Part shown: piece after piece, positions 25,817 through 38,937 of the stretch
Position numbering within the stretch: the stretch's first letter is position 1
Layout of the letters: every line of letters starts with the position of its first letter
NCBI GenBank assembly: GCA_951406725.2
Contig: OX597827.1
Coordinates: forward strand, 23,374,001-23,438,000
Direction of reading: 5' to 3'
Source of the DNA: Octopus vulgaris
Lineage: Eukaryota
DNA: 64,000 nt
Notes under the pieces: generated by a model
Seen by the model: only the letters and a program-made list of their open reading frames with translations
Told to the model about the DNA's origin: nothing
The model's database searches: none
Translations under genes and position numbers: made by a program

Positions 25817-26192
25817 GGAGGCGCAATGGCCCAGTGGTTAGGGCAGCGGACTCGCGGTCGGAGGATCGCGGTTTCGATTCCCAGACCGGGCGTTGTGTGT
25901 GTTTATTGAGTGAAAACACCTAAAGCTCCACGAGTCTCCGACAGATGGTGATGGCGACCCCTGTTGTACTCTTTCGCTCCAACTTTCTCTCACTCTTTCT
26001 TCCCGTTTCTTGTCCCCCACTTCCTACGTAACCACTGAGCCTGGATGCGCATTCATCCATCCGTCGATGCTCTCGGTATCGAGGGTTGACCTGCTTTCCC
26101 TTCTGCGGGTCTTACGAATAGCAAAGGACCACGATTCGGACTTCTCCTGCTGCGAGCTCTGGGACGAAGACCGCTTCGCTCAACAACAACAA
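25817..26192 (+). mobile_element. SINE family B variant with an alternative 3' tail ending in (CAA)n
   Basis: Matches family B up to ctcactctttctt (~26001), then unrelated sequence. Confidence 0.75.
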
Positions 26193-26727
26193 CAGCGACA
26201 TCAGCCTTGTTAGCGGCAAGCGCAGCTCCAGGATCGCGTCCAGCTATGTTAGCAATAACGGCAGCGATACCAGCAATAGTACCGTTGGCAGCATTAGCAA
26301 CGGGCCCAGCAGTGACAGCAAATTCGGCAGTGACAACAGCAACTGTAGCACAACCAGCACAAGAGCACAGACACAGAAATAATTCGGATCTACTGGTGAC
26401 CTGTTCAAGCATCGTCTGAGCAACCACAGGTCGTCCTTTAGGATACCATAGAGGCGTAACGTCACGTTTCTATCCAGGTAAAAATAGCGTTTCAAAGAGG
26501 TGGGTACGCCATGCTTAATTAAATGAAGGCTTCTAGAACAACGGAGGGATAACTCTGGTGTTTCGTTCCGGAATTTTTTTTACAAAATTATCTGACCATG
26601 ACGTTTTCCTCCCTCCAATTATAAAGAGGTTATGTAACTCTGGTCATTCAAGTCTGATGAGTAGTCTATACAGCTAAGCAGTTTATAGGAGTGAAACCAA
26701 CGGTCACCATAGCAAACAGCCTTCAAA

Positions 26728-26770
<43 letters not shown>

Positions 26771-26940
26771 TGCATACGCAAACTCGCACATATCCATACA
26801 GCTAATAACACATCTACATCCACGAATTCATATATCTCGCATACATATATGTATACACACATACATACACTCACACACACACACACACACTCACACATTC
26901 ACTTATTAGCTGTATGGATGTGCGCGAGTGTGCGTATGCA

Positions 26941-26974
<34 letters not shown>

Positions 26975-27715
26975 CGTTAGTGCCTGTTACATACGCGTGC
27001 ACGCGCGGATGAATTTAGGGCGTGAGTATGGGTGTATGTACGTGTGTAAATTCTTGCACTTGTGTGTGAACATGTGAGTGCGAATGTGCGTGTGTGTGCG
27101 TGCGTGTGTGCTTGGAAGAACATATACGGTGCGTGTGTGTGTGTATGTATGTATGCATGTGTGTGAATATGTGTATGCGTATATATGCTTTCGTTGTTTA
27201 TGTATGTGTGTATGAGAGATGTATGCTAGTCTGACAGATGTGGTATTGACGCATGCGGGTGTGACGTGTGCCAGTGTAGTCGCGTGGACGTATGCGCGTG
27301 GGAGTGTGTGTTCGGGGGTGTGTAGGAGAATGTGTATGCGTGCGTCTGTGTGCCGGCGCACAGATGCTTTCGTGTGTGTGTGTGTGTGTGTGTTTATGTG
27401 TGTGTGTATGTGTGTGTGTGTATTTATGTATCTATACCACGTATATATATGGACTAAGTGGAGCAAGAGCACACACAAGGACGGAAAGTGTCGCTGAAGA
27501 GGTCATCGATGTGTGAGGAAAGATTTCCGGACAATGGCCATACGTTAGAATAAGAACAAGGATAAACGAGTGAAAAACGAATATATAGTGCGTGTGTTTA
27601 TTTGGCAAAAAAAAATGACCGTCCCGAAATACAACAGTATCTGTTTGAATACACGGTTTCACATCAGAATCTTGCAACAAAAATTCATAAACGTATGTAT
27701 ATAGATATATATACG

Positions 27716-27783
<68 letters not shown>

Positions 27784-27904
27784 GTTATATTTCTATATAT
27801 AACGTATATATATTTATATATACGTTTATGAATTTGTGTTGCAAGATTCCTGATGTGAAACCGTGTATTGAAACAGATATATATATATATATTATATATA
27901 GATT

Positions 27905-29267
27905 CTTATGAGACGACGGACAAGGATTGCGAACCGCCTGAGCAAGCACACCAAAAGTGGTGAGAAGTCTCGGCTCGAGAGAATGCTAATGGAAATTGAG
28001 AAAAGTCTGCATCAGTCTCATGAAAAGGAGAGACCTGATAAAGAAGCTTGGGTAATACAAAATACAAAGTCAAACCCTAAAGCTTTCTTTGCCACTTTAA
28101 CTGCGGTCAAAGAGGCAAAAATTGAGTACATCAGCATTGAAGATGATGATATCACGCTCGCCATAGATGAGATTGACACAAACTCTGCTGCTGGACCTGA
28201 TAGATTTCCAGCGATCCTTCTCAAATCGTGCAAACGATCCCTTGCAAAACCGCTACAGCTTCTTTTTCAGAGCTTTCTTGCAAATGGTAAGCTCCCAGTC
28301 AAATTGAAAGAGGGGGTAATATGCCCTATCCATAAGGGAGGAAGCAGAGCAGATGCTAAAAATTATAGGCCTATCTCTCTGACCTCATACATCAGCAAAG
28401 TCATGGAACGAATAGTCCGCAAGAAACTAATCATGTTCCTTGAAGAAAATTACTTGCTGACTGACACCCAGCATGGATTTCGACCAGATAGAAGCTGCCT
28501 AACACAGCTCCTGCAACACTGTGGCTGGGTGTTAAAACAGCTACTAAATGGTTCAAATGTGGATGTATATATCTCGACTTTGCAAAGACCTTTGATAAAG
28601 TCGACCTCCAAGGAGGCACAAATAACAAGCGGTGTTCCACAGGGCACTGTCTTGGGGCCACTGCTGTTCATAGTGGCCCATTCAGACATGCCCTCAGTTG
28701 CTAAGATGGCCACCCTTGCTAGCTATGCAGATGACACAAAGGTCTCCCACACGGTACAGGACCCTGGAGGTATTGCACATCTGCAACAGCAGTTGGATAC
28801 AATATACAGATGGGCTGAGGACAACAACATGCAGTTTAACGCAGGTAAGTTCCAGGCCCTGCGCTACCGGCACACAAAGGTCAACGACATGCAGACTGGA
28901 TACACTGGCCCGGGAAGAATTGCAATCCCTGAGTCAAAATCAGTGCGTAACCTGGGCATTGACATGAGCAATGATGCATCTTTCCAAGTGCATATTACTA
29001 ATCTGGTGATAAAATTCAGACGGCTAGCTGGATGGATTCTCCGAACTTTCAGAACAAGAGAGAAGGAGACACTGATGGTCCTGTGGAAAACTTTCGTCCT
29101 CAGCCGCTTGGACTACTGCTCCCAACTATGGTCACCACACAATATAAAACTAACAGCAGGACTCAAAGCAATTCAAAGAAGCTACACAAAGAAGATCGTC
29201 TCAATACAACATATCAGCTACTGGGAAAGACTGAGAGTATTAGAACTCTTCTCCCTAGAGCGAAGGC
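27905..29267 (+). mobile_element. CR1-like LINE fragment (RT), internally deleted
   Basis: AAGPD, KNYRPISLTS, QHGFR, SGVPQGTVLGPLLF, YADDTK, LDYCSQLWSP, SLERRR; the segment after DFAK-FDKV is deleted. Confidence 0.9.
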
Positions 29268-29324
29268 GGTGGTGCCCCAGCATGGCCGTGGCCTTCGGGC
29301 TAAAACATTTTTAAGGATTTAAGG

Positions 29325-29376
<52 letters not shown>

Positions 29377-29596
29377 ACACTTTGAATCTCTTAACTCTGA
29401 TGAGAAAAGTGTGGATAATTGCTATGGTTGGAGTTAGCTCGCCCATACCAATCTACACCGCACCTCGATACGGCTGTCAGACTTTGCACTTATTCAGGAT
29501 TCCTCCTAAATCATTTTATGCTAACTTTCTCATCTACCTTCCATATTGATTCTAATACGGACATTCAACCTCGCAAGTACATCTATGTATTTATAT

Positions 29597-29990
29597 ACTC
29601 TTTTACTTGTTTCAGTCATCTGACTGCGGTCATGCTGGAGCAACGCTTTTAGTCGAAGAAATCCACCCCTGAACTTATTCTTTGTAAGCCTAGTACTTAT
29701 TCTATCGGTCTCTTTTGCCGAACCACTAAGTTACGGGGACGTAAACACACCAGCATTGGTTGTCAGGCGATGTTGGGGGACAAACAGAGACACACAAACA
29801 TATACACACATACAAGCATATATATATATATATATACATATATATACGACGGGATTCTTTCAGTTTCCGTCTATCAAATCCACTCGCGAGGCTATAGTAA
29901 AAGACACTTGTCCAAGGTGCCACGCAGTGGTACTGAACCCGGAACCATGTGGTTGGTAAGCAAGCTACTTACCTCACAGCCACTCCTGCG
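29597..29990 (-). mobile_element. SINE family A
   Basis: Reverse complement of the family A copies. Confidence 0.85.
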
Positions 29991-30212
29991 CGTATATATG
30001 TGTATAGATTTTAATATATACTTATACATTTTTATGTATTTATAAAGAATTTTTATATATTTATAAATTCTTATGAATTTTTGTCATGTCTCATATCTGA
30101 ACGCATGTATGTATATACCAAGGAGAATTTCGACAACTTGAAATGAATTGAATGAACACAAACACCGACCTTTGAAATTTGTTTCTCTCCTTCTTAATCT
30201 GATATATATATA

Positions 30213-31170
30213 TCTGATGGTCTCTCCCGTATGAGGCTCCGACAACGAATTCTTTCTTTGTCAGTCATAATGCTTATGTCAAATGTGACATTTTAAGTCC
30301 CGCCAACGATTTGCAAAGAAGGGCCACAAATGTTGCAAGTATGAGGATTACAGGCCAGTGCAGGTGCTATATTTGCAGTCGCTTTTCTCCTTTGTCTTGC
30401 ACCCCGAAGACTGTTGATGCTGCTTGCAACAAAATTGTTAGTACCATTTTGAGACAACGATCTCCATATTGTTCGTTTCGACGCTGTTCGCTCCGAGGTG
30501 TTGTGAGCTATTTTCATTTCTAAGAGGTTACTCTTCAACTTGTCCTTATATTTGAGCCATGATCGACCATCATTCCTGAGCCCACTCTCAAGCTGGCTGT
30601 ACATAAGGACTGAGTATTCTTTCGTCACTCATTCTGATGACATGGTCTACCCAGTGCAATTGCGATTGTATAAGGAACCTCTTGATTCTACCAATCTTAC
30701 ACTTGCTAAACAAGTCAGCATTAGAAACTTTGTCTTTTAGTGAATAACCGCAGTTTGTCCTCAGACAGTCTTTCTGGAAGATGTCTACTTGGTTAATGTG
30801 TCGTCTATGGGGATATTCTCGATTCTGAGCCATACAAGAGAGTAATAAGAATGGCTGCTTTATAGACCTGTACTTTTATGTCAAATTCGATGCCCCTTTC
30901 ATTCCATAGGCGATGACGAAGTTTGTCAAATGCATTGGCTGCTTTTACAAGACGGTTGACGATTTCATCATCAAGGGAAGCGCTCAAATTCACTTTTCTA
31001 CCAAGATATGTAAATGACTTCACATAATTTAGGCTTTTCCCATCAACCTGCATAGGAGTGTCAGGAAAATTGTGAACCGATGGCCTCTGCTTGACGCCTC
31101 GAATTTGCTTAGGAGTAGGGCAAGGTTGGTGGATTATTTCCGTCTTCTTTATGCTGATGGTCAAACCGGT
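30213..31170 (-). mobile_element. RTE-clade LINE 3' fragment, frameshifted
   Basis: [48 protein letters not shown]-terminal CNICG. Confidence 0.85.
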
Positions 31171-31178
31171 ATATATAT

Positions 31179-31229
<51 letters not shown>

Positions 31230-31286
31230 CACATGTATGTATGTATGTATGTATGTATGTATGTATGTATGTATGTATGAATGTAC

Positions 31287-31322
<36 letters not shown>

Positions 31323-31785
31323 TCTTAGTATATTTATACCTATTATTAGGGAGTACCTGTTATTTGTACCTTTGTCTTCCATTAAGGTAATTGTGCCTAT
31401 CGTTGCAATATTTATACATATTATTATTACTGCATTTATTTCTAGCATTCGTGTATTTTTACTTCTTAAATTATTTATGCCCATTACCTTATTTCTGATA
31501 TTCTATTCAATTTTTAATTTACCTATATCATCTGTGGCACTCCTTTGTAATTCCCCTCGCACACACACACCTCATTGCTGTGTCGTTTTTTTTTTATCAA
31601 TTTCTTATATGCTTTATAGAAATGGCTGATGTTGTCCAATTCTGAATAAATGTCTAATGCTAAATAATTAATGTTTTTGATATCAGATCTCAATTCAAAT
31701 GAAAGTTTCTTTAGCCTCTCCGTCTGACTGTTGTTTCTTGTACTCAAATCTCTTTTACTTATTGACAAGTGATGTTTTATTCCTG

Positions 31786-32398
31786 AGGCGGTGAGCTGGC
31801 AGAAACGTTAGCACGCCGGGCGAAATGCGCAGCCGTATTTCGTCTGCCGTTACGTTCTGAGTTCAAATTCCGCCGAGGTCGACTTTGCCTTTCATCCTTT
31901 CGGTGTCAATAAATTAAGTACCAGTTACACCCTGAGGTTGATGTAATCGACTTAATCCGTTTGTCTGTCCTTGTTTGTCCCCTCTGTGTTTAGCCACTCG
32001 TGAGTAGTAAAGAAATAGGTATTTCGTCTGCCGTTACGTTCTGAGTTCAAATCCCGCCGAGGTCGACTTTGCCTTTCATTCTTTCGGGGTCGATTAAATA
32101 AGTACCAGTTACGCACTGGGGTCAATGTAATTGACTTAATCCCTTTGTCTGTTCTTGTTTGTTCCCTCTATGTTTAGCCCCTTGTTGGCAATATAGAAAT
32201 AAGAAACGCTAGCACTCCGGGCAGAATGCTTAGCGATATTTCGTCTGCTGCTACGTTCTGAGTTCAAATTCTGCCGAGGTCGACTTTGCCTTTCATCCTT
32301 TAGGGGACGATAAATTATGTACCAGTTGCGTACTGAGGTAGGTCAAATTGACTGGCCCCTCCCCCAAAATTTCGGGCCTTGTGCCTAGAGTAGAAAAG
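31786..32398 (+). mobile_element. SINE family C, tandem trimer
   Basis: Three units of tatttcgtctgc...gttcaaattccgccgaggtcgactttgcctttcatcctttcggggtcga. Confidence 0.85.
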
Positions 32399-32409
32399 AC
32401 TGATTTATT

Positions 32410-33195
32410 CATAGACCGGTCGCAATAACCCTCTTCCCATTCGAAGGAGGCAGATCTCCAGCCTGGGACGCGGCGTGCTATGACATGTCCTTCGGTTCCA
32501 ACCCTGCAGCATCGGTTGCATGCCCTGATGTTGTCACCCTTAACACAAAGGAGAGAAAGGTAAAAAAAATGCGGGGGCTTGACCGGCCGCTATCGGTTTA
32601 TGTCGGTCGCCGTCGCGAGCTGGCAGAATCGTTAGTACGCCTGGCGAAATGCTTAGCCGTATTTCGCCGTTGCTACTTTCTGAGTTCAAATTCCGCCGAG
32701 GTCGACTTTGCCTTTCATCCTTTCGGGGTCGATTAAATAAGTACCAGTTACGCACTGGGGTCGATATAATCGACTTAATCCGTTTGTCTGTTCTTGTTTG
32801 TCCCTTCTGTGTTTAGCCCCTTGTGGGTAGTAAAGAAATAGGTATTTCGTCTGCCGCTACGTTCTGAGTTCAAATTCCGCTGAGATCGACTTTGCCTTTC
32901 ATTATTTCGGGGTCGATTAAATAAGTACCAGTTACGCACTGGGGTCGACGTAATCGACTTAATCCGTTGTCTGTCCTTGTTTGTCCCTTCTGTGTTTAGC
33001 CCCTTGTGGGTAGTAAAAAAATAGACATTAGGTGTTCTAGGACCCCATACTACCGATTTCCTCCACAAAATTGGGACAACGGCGGCTTGTCGAAGAAATG
33101 AGCCCTGCAAGTAAGAGTAGCTGCTACATCAAATGTCGCCGGCCATTCCCCACAACAACGCCGTTAAAGTCATTACTGCGGGTTGCAGCCTTAAC
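32410..33195 (+). pseudogene. CRE-like non-LTR retrotransposon RLE fragment interrupted by a SINE
   Basis: RPVAITLFPFEGGRSPAWDAACYD...ERKVKK...YRFMSVAV | GVLGPHTTDFLHKIG...EP...HQMSPAIPHNNA, matching RPDGxTLxPWxxGRxLxWD...QRLSxAxQRGNA. Confidence 0.65.
32616..33024 (+). mobile_element. SINE family C, tandem dimer
   Basis: Two ~173-bp units. Confidence 0.85.
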
Positions 33196-33373
33196 ACATT
33201 ATTTTTTTTTCTGGAGTATGTGGACCTTGGTCTCCTCCCCCTCTATTTTCCTCTGCTTTACCCCCTCCATTTTTTCTTTCTTTCTTTTCTTTATTTTCCT
33301 TTCTTATCTGTCTTTTTTCCTGTTTCTTTGTATTTAAATGTTCCAACAGAATTCAGTAAAGTTATATTTCATA

Positions 33374-33559
33374 TGGAGTAAAGATTTATGCCAACATAAC
33401 ACGGCAGTCCTGGTTTAGGACGAATGTTGCTGTAATTTAGCCCCAGGAGACATCGTCTCCAGCTGGCTAAATTACAGCATCGTCTCCTGGGGCTAAATTA
33501 CAGCAACATTCGTCCTAAACTAGGACTGCCATGTTATGTTGGCAAAAATCTTTACTCCA
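33374..33559. repeat. Fold-back element with ~77-bp inverted arms
   Basis: tggagtaaagatttatgccaacataac...atttagccccaggagac versus gtctcctggggctaaat...gttatgttggcaaaaatctttactcca. Confidence 0.85.
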
Positions 33560-34064
33560 AAGTACTGTTGCAGAATATGTCACGTTGTGAGTTTTAAAAA
33601 TAGTAATTTTCTAATTATATTTCATAAATAAAAATTTTTTTTTTAAATAAAGAAATCCATAAACTGAGTAACAATTAAGGATTTCAGTCAACGGATTTAT
33701 TAACGGTGTCACAACAACACAGAAAAACCAACAGAAATAAGAAATTAGCCAGAAAAAATTTTATGGAGATTGCATTGCTGTTGGTTATCTTCTCTTCATA
33801 AAGTCGTGCTTTTCAAGTGTTATGTATGATTGTTGTGGATCGCTTACAAACGTGGCTCCAATATCAAATAATTAGCTGCTGGGGAAGCCTTTTTTTCTTC
33901 TGCAACCAATGTTATGTTTAGATAAATGTTACACTGATGTTTACCAACAGATGTTCTTTACAAACATTCACATTTTCCGGTTTCGCTTGTGTTTCTCTGA
34001 AAATAAATATTGTTTTCCAGATTAACAAAGAGGGAAAAACCTGACACACATTCAGTTATGATGG

Positions 34065-34367
34065 CAATTATTTCAGTTGATCCGGTCCATGGAACAACCT
34101 GCTAGTGAAATTAACGTGCAAAAGGGCTAAACACCCACAGACCCGCGTACCCTTAACGTAGTTCTCAGGGAGATTCAGTGTGACACAGGATGTAACAAGG
34201 CTGGACCCTTTTGAATTACAGGTACAACTCATTTTTACCAGCTGAGTGGACTGGAGCAATGTGAAATAAAGTGTCTTGCTTAAGGACACAACGCGCTGCC
34301 GGGAAATCGAACTCACGATTTTATGATCGTGAACCGAATGCCCTATCTGCTAAGCCATGCATCTTCA
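34065..34367 (-). mobile_element. tRNA-derived CORE-like SINE; same family as 51020-51331
   Basis: gtgaaattaacgtgcaa...gctgagtggactggagcaatgtgaaat...tcgaactc. Confidence 0.75.
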
Positions 34368-34924
34368 AGATGCTCCAGATGCACTGCCAACCTGTTGAAG
34401 AAGAAAGTAAATATCAGAACTATGCATAGGGTTGGTTGGCCCCATGTTATTTTAGTCTGTAGATTTTGTGGATTCTTTTTCGAAGGAAGGGCATTGATAT
34501 ATCTTTCCCTTCCAACAACCAATCGAAACTTTATAGTTCCATGGGTGCCGGTTAAATATTTAAATCTAAAATTCGAGGATTTTATTAATTTCTGGATCCT
34601 TCCAGATACCCTAGCTATGTTGTATGTTCCTTCTCTGTTAACTAGATTAAGCCCCAGCTCTTATTCTATATTCCCTCTCTTTCTAATAATCGCTCCTGTC
34701 GTATATTTAGCCGTATATGCTTCACTCTACTAATTTATCTGAGAATCTGTGTGATGCCACCACCCCACTGCCTTACCCTCTTCGTCATACTTCTCCTTAT
34801 TCGGGACTTTTCCTTCATCACATCGTGTTGACTGTTTCTCCTTATTCCATCTGCTCCATTTAAATCCCTCCACTATGTAATATTCCATCCTTGCACATTC
34901 CCCAACGTCTTATTATCATTGTGA

Positions 34925-34982
<58 letters not shown>

Positions 34983-35259
34983 CCTATGTTTTGCAAGAGC
35001 ATAAATATCCCCAATTATGGCAGGAAATAAAAACAGGCAAAAGGAAAGCGGATAGCGACAGCAACAGCAGCAGCAACAACAACAACAACAACTGCAGTAA
35101 TAGCAACTATATTGAGCCTAACTTCAACAACCACAAGATCATCAACATCAATGGAAAATTATTTATAAAAAGAAAAAACAAACAATAGTAAACAAAACAA
35201 TAAAAAATACTGAAAAATATTGCTTTTGTAATATATGAATATATGTGCACATACAGAGA

Positions 35260-35610
35260 CACACATACAGTCACACACACATACAGTCACACATACATAC
35301 AGTCATACAGTCACACACACACACAGTCACACATACATACAGTCACACACACATACAGTCACACACACATACAAATACAGTCACACACACATACAGTCAC
35401 ACACACACATACAGTCACACATACAAACAGTCATACACACATACAGTCACACACACATACAGTCATACACACATACAGTCACACACAGACACATACAGTC
35501 ACAGATACATACAGTCACACACACACATACAGTCATACACACACACATACAGTCACACACAGACATACATACAGTCTCACACACATACAGTCACACACAC
35601 ACACACACAT
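35260..35610. repeat. Minisatellite, ~14-bp unit CACACACATACAGT
   Basis: Read directly. Confidence 0.9.
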
Positions 35611-36334
35611 GACTTTGTATGTGTGATTGATAAGTTTACGTATCAATTTGGATGTCTATATCTCGACATACGTGGACATGAAAGTATGCTGTGGATGTGT
35701 GGATGTATGTGTGTCCGTGTATATGTGTATATACGTACATATATACGAGTATGTGAATGCATGTGTATGTGGGTGGGAGGGTGGGCGTTGTGTGTCTGGT
35801 TTCATTTTCAAAAGTCTTTAAATGGAATTTTTAATAAGTTTATCTAAAATGTAACGATATCGTCTTAAAAGAAAAAAAAAACGAAGAATATTAGTTCGAA
35901 TTCAACTGAAGCAATTTAGGTTCTGAATGGATAAAACATTTAATTGATTGACCGAGCTACACTAATGAATATTTTTAAACAACAACAACAGCTGCAGCAG
36001 CGGCGGCAGCAGCAGCAGCAGCAGCAGCAGCAATAACACTTGACAACAACCACAACAAACAACGATAACCTTAAGGCGTCTTTTGTTAACTGTAAACAAA
36101 TCGTCCGCGACAGCAACAGCAACAGCAACAACAACAACAACAACAACTGCTGCTGCTACTACTGCTACATTAACATTATCATCCTTGACGACAAACAATG
36201 ACAGTGATGTCATCAGCTTACAAAAGATGGACATATTTTAATTAGAGAAACTGATAATTTAATAAACAGCAGCAGAAACGGCAGCAACTAGAAAAATAAC
36301 ACCAACAAGCACAACAACAACAACATTGATGATG

Positions 36335-36384
<50 letters not shown>

Positions 36385-36396
36385 CCTTTCTACTAA

Positions 36397-37590
36397 AGGA
36401 GTACATCAGAAGATTGAGGAAGTTAATGAAGTCGAAGCTAAATAGCCCGAATCTAGTGGAAGCTGTAAATACTTAGACAGTATCGCTACTTAGATATCCA
36501 CCAGCACTTGTAGACTGGACAAAATCTGAATTAGCAGATCTAGCTAGAAGAACTAAGAAGGATTTCAATATGAATGGAGGACTTCATCAAAGAGCAGGAG
36601 TAGCAAGAGTATACTTACCTAGAAAGGAAAGTAGTAGATGATTAATATCAGTAGAAGACTGCGTGGAGTTAGCTAGAATAGATATAGCCTCCTATGTAGG
36701 TAATAGTGAAGAAAGTTTATTATGAGCTGCAAGAGTAGCAGTAGGAGATAGGGAAACCAAAAAGCCAAATGAGGTTAGAAACCGGAAAAAAGAAGCAAGA
36801 TTATCTGATTGGCAAGAGAAGGATTTGCATGGTAGATTTTCAAAGATAGTGGCAGAAAATAGTAATAGTGAAACATAGTTGTGGTTCCAGAAAGGAACGT
36901 TGAAAAAGGAGATAGAAAGTTTGATAGAAGCAGCACACGATCAGGCATTGAGGACTAATTGTATAAAACCCAAGTCTGGTATATTCCCAATGCAGGTAAT
37001 ATATATCAAAAGAGGAAAGTGTTGCTCATATAGTTTAGTTAGTGAAAGTATTATGCAGGCACAGAAAGAATACAAGACGAGGCAACCTTGGGAGAATAAT
37101 CCACTGAGAGTTATGTAGAAAGCTAGGATTTGACTATACTTATAAGTAATATGATTAGGAACCTGGTAAAATGCTAGAAAGTCAGAAATATAAGATGTTG
37201 TGGGACTTTAACATTCAGACTGACAGAATAATAGAAGCTAGAAGGCCTGATTTGGTAGTAGTAGATAAAGAGAATAGAAAGTGCCTTTCTATTGACTTTG
37301 CAGTCAAACGATGAGAAAGTCAACATGAGAGGTATAGAGAAACTAGCAAAGGACCAGGACCTAGCCATTGAGTTACGGAGGCAATGAAAAATGCGGGTAA
37401 AATGTATCCTTGTAGTTTTTGGTGCATTGGGAACTATCTCTAAAGATCTGAACAGATATGAAGTCTAGTTTAGTGCAGCTCCAGAACTAGGATACTTAGG
37501 AAGGTTCTAGGGTTATTTGTTGTAGCCCGATGTTAGAGATTTTTTTTCTTTTCTAACAGTCTAATCTGTTGTGCGTATATGAAATAATAA
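36397..37590 (+). mobile_element. R4/Dong-like element 3' portion (family 4), degenerate
   Basis: WQEKDLHG, WFQKGTLKKEIESLIEAAHDQALRTN, LWDFNIQTDRIIEARRPDLVVVDK; AAT flanks. Confidence 0.85.
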
Positions 37591-37649
37591 TAATTGAATT
37601 AATAAGCAAAAAAAAAATAATAATAAGGATAATAATAATAATATTAGTA

Positions 37650-37857
37650 GATTTCAAATTTTGGCACAAGGCTAGAAGTTTTGGGGGCAGGGGTTAAGTC
37701 AATAACATCGACCCCAGTGTTCAACTGGTACTTATTTCATCGACCCTGAAAAGATGAAAGGCAAAGTCAACCACGGCGGAAATTGAACTCAATACGTAAA
37801 GACAGACGAAATGCCGCTTAGCATTTAATCCGTCGTGTTAACGATTCTGTCAGTTCA
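37650..37857 (-). mobile_element. SINE family C
   Basis: tcgaccctgaaaagatgaaaggcaaagtcaacc core. Confidence 0.75.
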
Positions 37858-37984
37858 GTGATAATAGCAGTCAAAGAACAGAGGAAGATAGGAAAATACC
37901 AAATAATTACCTGACTCTCATTGTCTATACTCTACTTGTTTCATTTCTACATTTTTTTATCTCATCTATTATTATTATTTCATT

Positions 37985-38099
37985 TTGTGACAGGTTTTGC
38001 TGGAAGTCCTGGAGTCTTGCATGCATAGCATAGTGGTTTTGGGCAAGTCTAGGGTATTCGTTTGTGATATGGGTAATGGTTTCATCCACTCTATTGTAG

Positions 38100-38100
<1 letters not shown>
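37985..38100 (-). mobile_element. R4/Dong-like family 2 fragment with internal deletion
   Basis: Reverse complement joins sequence matching 12067-12137 to 12647-12682. Confidence 0.75.
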
Positions 38101-38153
<53 letters not shown>

Positions 38154-38172
38154 GTTGTTGTTGTTGTTGTTG

Positions 38173-38224
<52 letters not shown>

Positions 38225-38630
38225 TTGTTTGGCTTTTGCTTTGTATTTTCACACGTTGACTCCAAGTCTCGCCCAGAGACCTCAAAAGACAACAAGTTAG
38301 AAGTTCAAGTTGGTATTATGACTAGGGTGCCTTATATTTGGTCTTGCACAAAGTTTTGTTTTAGAAAATAATTAAGAAAACATGAAAAACTTGTAAGTTT
38401 GTTCTAAAATTTGGGATTACATCGACAGTATTTCACGTAGGATATGGGCAGTTCCCATGAGGACAATTTTTGGAATTTCTGCCATCTTTGAATTTCCTGC
38501 AATTTGAGCTAGGTAGCAATCAGCCCCTTTTGCTATCATTCCTAGGGCACCAATGACAACAGGCATTGTTTTAGTCTTGAGGTTCCACTTTTTGCCGATT
38601 TCTGTTTCGAGATCTTTAGACTTACTCGAA
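38225..38630 (-). mobile_element. R4/Dong-like family 1 3' end
   Basis: Reverse-complement homologue of 10745-11140; lies in (ATT)n. Confidence 0.8.
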
Positions 38631-38737
38631 AAATAAAGGGTGTTACCTTAGTTTACTGGTAGTGAACGGTTGACACCGTAGTACATCTCCAGCGTTAGAT
38701 GTTGCACAAAGACAATAAAATGATAATAATAATCATC

Positions 38738-38821
<84 letters not shown>

Positions 38822-38903
38822 CCAATGTATACAGTAATTTTCTTTGCTCTAGTTGTTGCGAAGACACTCGACAAGAAATGAAAATAAAATTGAGAGGAAA
38901 AAA

Positions 38904-38937
<34 letters not shown>

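Noticed and set aside
25430-26427. Ala/Val- or Ser/Asn/Thr-rich ORFs
   Set aside because: Degenerate CAG/CAA repeats interrupted by a SINE, with no splice or domain support
26650-26710. CTGATGA...GAAA-cc-aac-gg-TC
   Set aside because: The base of stem II is unpaired and stem I is only 2 bp; cannot be distinguished from chance
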